Assembly: GCA_036170245.1 (NCBI GenBank)
Contig: JAVHOV010000024.1
Coordinates: 1 to 10,971, forward strand
Source: an archaeon
GTDB lineage: Archaea > Iainarchaeota > Iainarchaeia > Iainarchaeales > JAAZKV01
Length of the DNA stretch: 10,971 nt
Direction: 5' to 3'
The notes under the pieces were generated by a model, which saw only the letters and a list, made by a program, of their open reading frames with translations, did not search any database and had not been told where the DNA came from. Positions within the stretch are counted from its first letter, which is position 1; each line of letters begins with the position of its first letter. The translations under genes and the position numbers were made by a program. Positions 1 through 5,122 of the stretch are shown piece after piece.

Positions 1-51
1 TGCTCGCTTTCATCCGCATCTTAAAAGATGCAGATTTCCCGCTCGACTAAT
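1..51 (-). mobile_element. Probable left end (subterminal hairpin) of an IS200/IS605-family element or derived MITE; the body lies outside the window to the left
   Basis: Imperfect palindrome at 12-35, ATCCGCATCTT-AA-AAGATGCAGAT (11 positions, one mismatch that is a G.T pair on the minus strand). Minus-strand context GTCGAGCGGGAA-[hairpin]-GAAAGCGAG resembles tnpB-element ends as I recall them. The adjacent reading frame is open right up to this element. No transposase is visible in the window. Confidence 0.62.
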
Positions 52-614
52 TAAGAAATTTCAAATCCACATTATACAAAGGAGAAGAACACAATTTTTT
101 AATAAATTTAACAAGAAACTTTTCCCAAAACCCTATTTCTGTTTCTCTTTCAACAAATATAGAAAGACGCCAGACCCCCATTTTTTCAGCAAATATTAGG
201 TTCACTAGTGGAAGAGTTATGATTGAAACTCTTCAAGGAACGCCTTGGTTGAAGGAAATGAGGGAATTTGAGAGACTTGTTAAAATTCCTTCATCAAGAT
301 ATTTAGTAAAAGAAATTGTTGCGCAGGCAAGAAGAATGGGTTTTGACAGAGTAATGCTGATTGATCCAACTAAACACGGTTCTTACAAAGATCCACACTT
401 AGTGAGTTTATTTGATGAAGAAACTAAAAAAATTCATATGAAAATAGCGTTTAAGGAAGCGACAAAAGAAGAAAAGAAAAGGTATATTATAAAGAAAAAA
501 GAGTTGTTGAAAATTCATCAGGAAAGAATGAGAAAACTGTATGAAAATGTCGCAAAAGGAGAAGGATTTGTAAAAAGCGGCAACTATTTTGTAAAAATGC
601 TAAAAAAGCCTTAA
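52..614 (+). pseudogene. Hypothetical protein, probably 5'-truncated by the IS end; loosely VirK/YbjX (DUF535)/GNAT-like. The ORF track start at 219 is probably an internal Met
   Basis: The frame of ORF 219..614 has no stop for 56 codons upstream of the ATG (LRNFKSTLYKGEEHNFLINLTRNFSQNPISVSLSTNIERRQTPIFSANIRFTSGRV), ending at TAA 48-50 within the IS-like end. No SD or well-placed TATA before 219. Motif order IETLQG...P..YLV.EI..QARRMGF..V.LI...H.SY...LYENVA...GF.....YF. Confidence 0.55.
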
Positions 615-670
615 ACGATTCATTTAAGGGGATTAAAGGCAAAACAAGTAGTTAATGTTAGAGACTCGGA

Positions 671-683
671 CAGGTTTTTAAAT
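671..683 (+). promoter_or_regulatory. Archaeal TATA box for the ferredoxin-GGR operon
   Basis: CAGGTTTTTAAAT with TTTTTAAA at 675-682, about 46 nt before ATG 729, leaving room for a leader containing the SD. Confidence 0.55.
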
Positions 684-719
684 CATACGAGGCTGATATA
701 ATCTAACTGAATTGGTAAA

Positions 720-724
720 GGTGA
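720..724 (+). promoter_or_regulatory. Shine-Dalgarno site GGTGA of ferredoxin
   Basis: AAAGGTGAATCTATG, the canonical archaeal SD, 4 nt before the ATG. Confidence 0.75.
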
Positions 725-728
725 ATCT

Positions 729-911
729 ATGAGCGCGAAAAACAACTCAAATAAATGTCTGTATTGCGGAGCATGTGTGGGTGTTTGCCCAGTAAGTGCT
801 ATTGTTCTAAAAGACACAAGAATATTCATAGATGAAACAAAATGTATAAATTGCGGAGCATGCGTAAACATTTGCCCTGTTGGTGCAATGAGTTTAGAAA
901 AGAAAATGTAA
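729..911 (+). CDS. 2x[4Fe-4S] dicluster ferredoxin, likely electron donor to the adjacent GGR
   Basis: Two CxxCxxCxxxCP motifs (CLYCGACVGVCP, CINCGACVNICP) in 60 aa, with a GGTGA SD. Confidence 0.95.
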   Translation: MSAKNNSNKCLYCGACVGVCPVSAIVLKDTRIFIDETKCINCGACVNICPVGAMSLEKKM

Positions 912-912
912 A

Positions 913-917
913 GGTGA
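913..917 (+). promoter_or_regulatory. Shine-Dalgarno site GGTGA of GGR
   Basis: TAAAGGTGAAAATATG in the 10-nt gap after the ferredoxin stop. Confidence 0.75.
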
Positions 918-921
918 AAAT

Positions 922-2145
922 ATGGCTGCGAATGATATTTTATATGATGCAATAATTGTTGGTGCAGGACCAAGTGGGCTTGCTGCTGGTTTAGAACTTG
1001 CTAAAGGAAAGGCTAATATTTTAATTTTAGATAGAAAACAAGAAATCGGCTGTCCAAAGAGATGCGCTGAGGGATTGAGCAACCGTTGGTTTGACATAAT
1101 GAAAATAAAACCAAAGCCAGAATGGGCAGTTCAGGAAATTAATGGAGCAGTTCTATACGGACCTAATGGAAAAGAAGTAAAAATGAAAAGCAAAAAAGCT
1201 TTAGGTTATGTACTTGAAAGAAAAATGTTTGAAAAAGATTTGGCAATACAAGCAGTAAAACTTGGAGCAAAAATTTTATTGAAGCACCAAGTAGTTAGTG
1301 CTAAAAGAGAAAACGGAATTGTAATTCTTGATGTTGAAGTTAACAATGAAGTTAAGCAATTCAAAGGAAAAATGATTCTTGCTTGTGATGGAATTGATTC
1401 GCTTGTTGCAAGAATGCTTGGACTTAACACTAAAAACAATCTGAACGATACTGATTCAGGTTACCAGTACGAAATGACAGGAATAAATGGATATGATGAA
1501 CACTGTCTGCACTTGTACTTTGGAACAGAAGTTGCTCCAAGAGGATATGTTTGGATTTTTCCAAAAAGAGACGGGACAGCAAATGTTGGAATAGGAATAG
1601 GAGCTTATGTTTCAGCTACTACTAAACTTACTGCTAAGGATTATCTTGATAGATGGATTCAAGCACAGCCTGGGCTAAGAAACGGTTCAATAATTGAAGT
1701 TAATGCTGGAGGAATACCTGTTGGAGGATTCCTTGAAAAAATGACTGCTGATAACTTGGTTGTTGCTGGAGACGCTGGGCACATGGTTGACCCAATTCAC
1801 GGAGGAGGAATTGGAATTGCAATGGAAGGGGGAAGACTTTCTGCTACTGTTGCATTAAAAGCAATTAAGAAAAATGATTTTACTGACAAGACTCTTGGGG
1901 GTTACACTCAAGAATGGTTTGAATTAAGAGGAAACGAACTAAAGAGAAGATTAAAATCAAGACACTTGTTAGAAGTTCTGACTGATGATGACTTCAATTA
2001 CTTAGCTGAATCAATTACAATGGACGAAGCTTTGGCAATTGGAAATGGAACACTAACTAAAACACAAATGGCTGTTTTATTGACAAAGAAACTAATAAAG
2101 CGACCTGGCCTAGTTGCAATAATGATGAAGTTCTTCCAAAATTAA
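922..2145 (+). CDS. ggr: Digeranylgeranylglycerophospholipid reductase (geranylgeranyl reductase family flavoprotein)
   Basis: FAD-binding GAGPSG, conserved Cys in PKRCAEG, LERKMFEK, ACDG, GGR signature APRGYVWIFP (PxxYxWxFP), ANVGIG, GDAGHMVDPIHGGGI; 407 aa. Confidence 0.93.
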   Translation: MAANDILYDAIIVGAGPSGLAAGLELAKGKANILILDRKQEIGCPKRCAEGLSNRWFDIMKIKPKPEWAVQEINGAVLYGPNGKEVKMKSKKALGYVLERKMFEKDLAIQAVKLGAKILLKHQVVSAKRENGIVILDVEVNNEVKQFKGKMILACDGIDSLVARMLGLNTKNNLNDTDSGYQYEMTGINGYDEHCLHLYFGTEVAPRGYVWIFPKRDGTANVGIGIGAYVSATTKLTAKDYLDRWIQAQPGLRNGSIIEVNAGGIPVGGFLEKMTADNLVVAGDAGHMVDPIHGGGIGIAMEGGRLSATVALKAIKKNDFTDKTLGGYTQEWFELRGNELKRRLKSRHLLEVLTDDDFNYLAESITMDEALAIGNGTLTKTQMAVLLTKKLIKRPGLVAIMMKFFQN

Positions 2146-2154
2146 TTGGAAGGA

Positions 2155-2190
2155 TTTCTCTTTTCTTTTTTAAAAAACAATTTTTATTTC
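2155..2190 (+). terminator. Oligo-T tract, probable archaeal terminator of the fdx-ggr operon
   Basis: TTTCTCTTTTCTTTTTT begins about 10 nt after the ggr stop, followed by a second T-rich run. Confidence 0.45.
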
Positions 2191-2250
2191 AAAAAAAACA
2201 AATTATCTCTTTGGAATAATATTTTATTCCCCACCTTTCACTAAATAGCT

Positions 2251-3351
2251 ATGGAAAACCTTCAATTGAGTAACTTGGCACTGCACCACTTAATCGAGGA
2301 GCTAAATTTCTTTGAAAATGGGTTTGTGAACAATATCCAGACTCTTGAAAATAATTGGATCAAAATGAAAGTGCATACAAAGGAATTTGGGGACAAACAA
2401 TTAATCCTTGCACCTAACGCAATTTTTGTTTCAAGTCAATCTTTACAAGCAAAGCAAAGCCCTGGGGGATTCAGTGCTTTTTTAAAAAAATTTCTTTTCA
2501 ATCAAAGAATTGTTTCCTTAAAGCAGCACGGCCTTGATAGAATTATTGAAGTCGAATTTCCTGAAAGCAAATTAATTATTGAACTCTTTGCAAAAGGAAA
2601 CTTAGTTCTCTGTGACAAGAATAATAAAATTTTAAGGGCATTTAGAAAAGAGGAATGGAAGGATAGAAAACTTGAGGCTGGTGAAGAATATAAGTTCCCG
2701 TCATCAAGAGGAATAAGCCCGCTTGAAGAAAATGACAAAAACTTTTTTGATAACCTAAAGAAAAATGAAAAAACTCTTTTTGGAGCATGCGTTGATCTAC
2801 TGAACGTTTCCCCCCAAATACTAGAACTTGTTTTTCAAAACGAAAAAATAGACAAAACATCTAATGCAAATAAAATAACTGAAAAAATTGCTTCAAAAAT
2901 ACTAACTGAGTTAAAAAAGATTTACTCTTTAAAACAAGAAAAAGCATACTTAGTCGGAAATATTCTTTTTACAACAGATATTGGAACAAAAGACAAAGAG
3001 TTTGAGTCAATCAACTTTGCACTTAATTCTCTCCTACTTTCACAGCTAGAAGAAACACCTAAAGAAGGAGAAGAAAACAAAAATGATAAGAAACAGGACA
3101 AGGATTTAAAAAACCTAAAATCGAGGCAAATGCAAATTGCAGGAATTACTACTCAAGGAGAAGAAGCCCAAAAGAAAGGAGAAGAGATTTATTTACATTA
3201 TAATGAATTGAAAGAGTTAATGGATATAATAGCCAAAGCAAAAAGCAAGAACTTAACTGAAAAAGAAATTATGGAAAAAATCAATAAAGTAAAGCCATTA
3301 ATCAAAGAACTGGATTTTAAAAAGAAAAAACTAATTGTTGCACTCAAATAG
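2251..3351 (+). CDS. rqc2: Rqc2/RqcH (NFACT, FbpA-like) ribosome quality-control protein, N-terminal half only
   Basis: NFACT-N motifs PGGFSAFLKKFL, KQHGLDRIIEVEF, LIIELFAKGNLVLCD, RKLEAGEEYKFP; then an HhH-like region and first coiled coil (KKGEEIYLHYNEL). It ends at 366 aa with no NFACT-R domain. Confidence 0.85.
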   Translation: MENLQLSNLALHHLIEELNFFENGFVNNIQTLENNWIKMKVHTKEFGDKQLILAPNAIFVSSQSLQAKQSPGGFSAFLKKFLFNQRIVSLKQHGLDRIIEVEFPESKLIIELFAKGNLVLCDKNNKILRAFRKEEWKDRKLEAGEEYKFPSSRGISPLEENDKNFFDNLKKNEKTLFGACVDLLNVSPQILELVFQNEKIDKTSNANKITEKIASKILTELKKIYSLKQEKAYLVGNILFTTDIGTKDKEFESINFALNSLLLSQLEETPKEGEENKNDKKQDKDLKNLKSRQMQIAGITTQGEEAQKKGEEIYLHYNELKELMDIIAKAKSKNLTEKEIMEKINKVKPLIKELDFKKKKLIVALK

Positions 3352-3360
3352 ATTTTTTAA

Positions 3361-3421
3361 ATAAACAAAAAAATGAAAAATAGGCATTCTTTTATCAGGA
3401 AAAAATCTTTTAACGCCTATT
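3361..3421 (-). terminator. Minus-strand stem followed by T tracts; probable terminator of the PRC-barrel gene
   Basis: Minus strand AATAGGCGTT (3421-3412) pairs with AATGCCTATT (3388-3379), 10 bp with one G.U, followed by TTTCATTTTTTTGTTTAT. Confidence 0.4.
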
Positions 3422-3519
3422 AAAGGCAAAAAATCAACAGGTTTTAATAAAAGCGAATTTGTCAAGGCAAAGTTAAGAAGCAAACGCTTTCTTCAAGCGC
3501 CTGCTAATTCAATATAACT

Positions 3520-3795
3520 TTATTCTTTTCCTTGAGCACTTTCTAGGATTTCTCTCTCGTCAACAATGAACACATCGCTCACTGCTGTAACTGACGCATA
3601 TGGTATTTCTATCAATTTGTCAACCTTTCCGAGCTTAGCTAAAAGCCTAGAGTTTCTATCCACTTCTACTACCAAGTATTCTACGTCTCCACCAAGTTCA
3701 GAAACTATTATATCGACTAATTTGCCGACTTCGTCTCCTCTGTTAGTGATGACTCTCTTGGAAGCCAATTGTCTTGCTATTGTGTATTTATACAT
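3520..3795 (-). CDS. Stand-alone PRC-barrel domain protein, CdpB-like (archaeal FtsZ/SepF cell-division accessory family), 91 aa. True start is Met37 of the listed ORF
   Basis: ARQLASKRVITNRGDEVGKLVDIIVSELGGDVEYLVV...IEIPYASVTAVSDVFIV matches the PRC-barrel pattern. SD-like GGGTGTGA lies just before ATG 3795, and a TATA box lies inside the spurious upstream extension. Confidence 0.88.
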   Translation of the reverse strand: MYKYTIARQLASKRVITNRGDEVGKLVDIIVSELGGDVEYLVVEVDRNSRLLAKLGKVDKLIEIPYASVTAVSDVFIVDEREILESAQGKE

Positions 3796-3840
3796 TTTCA
3801 CACCCAAAAAACTTAATTTAACAAATAGAAAGTCTAACTG

Positions 3841-3855
3841 CTTTATAAAGGTTTG
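3841..3855 (-). promoter_or_regulatory. TATA box of the PRC-barrel gene
   Basis: Minus strand CAAACCTTTATAAAG, with TTTATAAA at 3849-3842, about 46 nt upstream of ATG 3795. Confidence 0.6.
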
Positions 3856-3967
3856 CACAACGAAAACCAAACCAATTTTTGTTATGTAAAAGTCATTTTG
3901 CAAATGTATTTTATAAAAAATTCACTTCAAAGAAATTAATCTCTTATGTATAAAACGGTTTCAATAA

Positions 3968-4654
3968 TTATTTGAAAATAGATTTAATCTTTCTTGGAGC
4001 AAATCCTGCTTGTTTATTTTTTAGAGAAAACTCAATATTCATTGATTCAGGTACCCTAAAAAATCTAAACATAAGTGAATTTTTTCCTTTCAACAATTTT
4101 TCAACTACTTCTGAAGAACGATTTGATTTAGATAAAACCTCAAATTCTTTTTGAAATTTTAAAAACACTTGTTTGCCTAAGGGATGATTTTTTTCAATAA
4201 ATGTTAAGGGATAATATTTTGAACATGCTGAAAGGTAAGACCCCGCACCCACAACTTTTGTTTTAGGCAAAATCACAAACCCCCTTTGCCTTAATTTTAA
4301 ATCAACAAAAGCACTAACCCTTGCAGTATCTGCTTTTGTATCCCTAACCAAAACAAGTCTGTCTTTTAGCATTCTCTTTGAAAAAGATTCAAATTCACTT
4401 TCAAATTTTTCAACAAGTTTTACCCCTTCTTTTGAGACCCCTCCTTTCTCAATAGCCCCTTTAAGCGCAGGGGATCTAACAAGAACCAGTACTGCATTTG
4501 GGTCTGCTTGGATATTTTTAACCAAATTATTAAGGACTTGGGAAAAAAACTTTTCCATTACTTTTTCTTCAACGTTTGTTCCTTTAGCCCAAGGCAAAGC
4601 ATAAGCAGGGTGGGTAACCCAATACATTGTATGAACTTCCTTTACTTGATTCAT
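3968..4654 (-). CDS. Hypothetical basic protein (228 aa), possibly a divergent isochorismatase/cysteine-hydrolase-like fold
   Basis: Long ORF. Start reassigned to Met7 (4654) from TATA spacing. N-terminal strand ends in THPAY, and KVVGAGSYLSACS resembles the G-x-x-x-x-x-C nucleophile loop. Fold assignment is inference only. Confidence 0.7.
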   Translation of the reverse strand: MNQVKEVHTMYWVTHPAYALPWAKGTNVEEKVMEKFFSQVLNNLVKNIQADPNAVLVLVRSPALKGAIEKGGVSKEGVKLVEKFESEFESFSKRMLKDRLVLVRDTKADTARVSAFVDLKLRQRGFVILPKTKVVGAGSYLSACSKYYPLTFIEKNHPLGKQVFLKFQKEFEVLSKSNRSSEVVEKLLKGKNSLMFRFFRVPESMNIEFSLKNKQAGFAPRKIKSIFK

Positions 4655-4670
4655 CAAGAAAATAATGCAC

Positions 4671-4690
4671 AAAGCTTTTTATTAAGTAAA
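4671..4690. promoter_or_regulatory. Bidirectional TATA element between divergent genes
   Basis: AAAGCTTTTTATTAAGTAAA, centred at about 4681, which is 26-27 nt from both ATG 4707 (+) and ATG 4654 (-). Confidence 0.55.
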
Positions 4691-4706
4691 TGCCTAAAAC
4701 CTAATC

Positions 4707-5048
4707 ATGTCACTTAAAGATCCAAACGATGATTATGACGAGCTTGTGGATGAGAAAGGAATTCTTCCAAAAGGCTTGTTCAAAAAATCAAGAATGTATT
4801 TGTTCATTCTTCTAATTGGCCTTGTTTTAGGGGCATTTGTACAGTATTATGCAATTAACCCTATTGTAGCTGACCTATCAAGCAGTGAGTGTATCAGCAT
4901 AAAAAACACAAATCACTTACTTAACACAGAAAACGACTGCTTGTACTATGTTTTGGGTGTGGATGCAAAGACCGCAAGCGAAACGTGTGCAATAAGAAAC
5001 CTTATTGAAAAAAAAAATTCAAAAGACTTCAATGAAGAAACTGCTTAG
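4707..5048 (+). CDS. Hypothetical single-pass membrane protein (113 aa)
   Basis: Acidic N-terminus, basic KKSR, hydrophobic helix MYLFILLIGLVLGAFVQYYAI, then a short helical domain with 3 Cys. Confidence 0.8.
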   Translation: MSLKDPNDDYDELVDEKGILPKGLFKKSRMYLFILLIGLVLGAFVQYYAINPIVADLSSSECISIKNTNHLLNTENDCLYYVLGVDAKTASETCAIRNLIEKKNSKDFNEETA

Positions 5049-5085
5049 ATAAGCCCTTTTTGTTATGGCAATCGCCGAAAAATTC

Positions 5086-5100
5086 TAAACCTTTTTAAAT
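5086..5100 (+). promoter_or_regulatory. TATA box of the large surface protein gene (leaderless spacing)
   Basis: TAAACCTTTTTAAAT with TTTTTAAA at 5092-5099, 23 nt before ATG 5123, and no SD. Confidence 0.55.
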
Positions 5101-5122
5101 CTCAAAGAAAAATCCTTCTTTT

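Noticed and set aside
753..881. Nucleotide repeat AAATGT...ATTGCGGAGCATG...TTTGCCC occurring twice
   Set aside because: Explained by the two Cys motifs of the dicluster ferredoxin. Not a CRISPR or mobile repeat.
683..1439. Antisense ORFs 683..973, 894..1097 and 1206..1439
   Set aside because: Shadows of the well-supported ferredoxin and GGR genes, with no motifs or SD.
2213..2230. Inverted repeat GGAATAA-TATT-TTATTCC over the probable rqc2 TATA region
   Set aside because: Could be a regulator site, but a single 7-bp AT-rich repeat is expected by chance and there is no second copy in the window.
2502..2860. Antisense ORFs 2502..2738 and 2642..2860
   Set aside because: Shadows of the NFACT gene.
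3373..3517. ATG plus a one-base frameshift in an A run would give MKIGILLSGKNLLTPIKGKKSTGFNKSEFVKAKLRSKRFLQAPANSI
   Set aside because: Needs a frameshift, lacks SD or correct TATA spacing, and is not NFACT-R-like. At most a gene remnant, and unsupported without a homology search.
3796..3903. N-terminal 36-codon extension of the PRC-barrel ORF, and antisense ORF 3566..3889
   Set aside because: The extension spans the TATA box and SD. The antisense ORF is a shadow.
3972..4717. Plus-strand ORFs 3972..4154 and 4508..4717
   Set aside because: They overlap the longer minus-strand gene and the promoter, with no coding signals.
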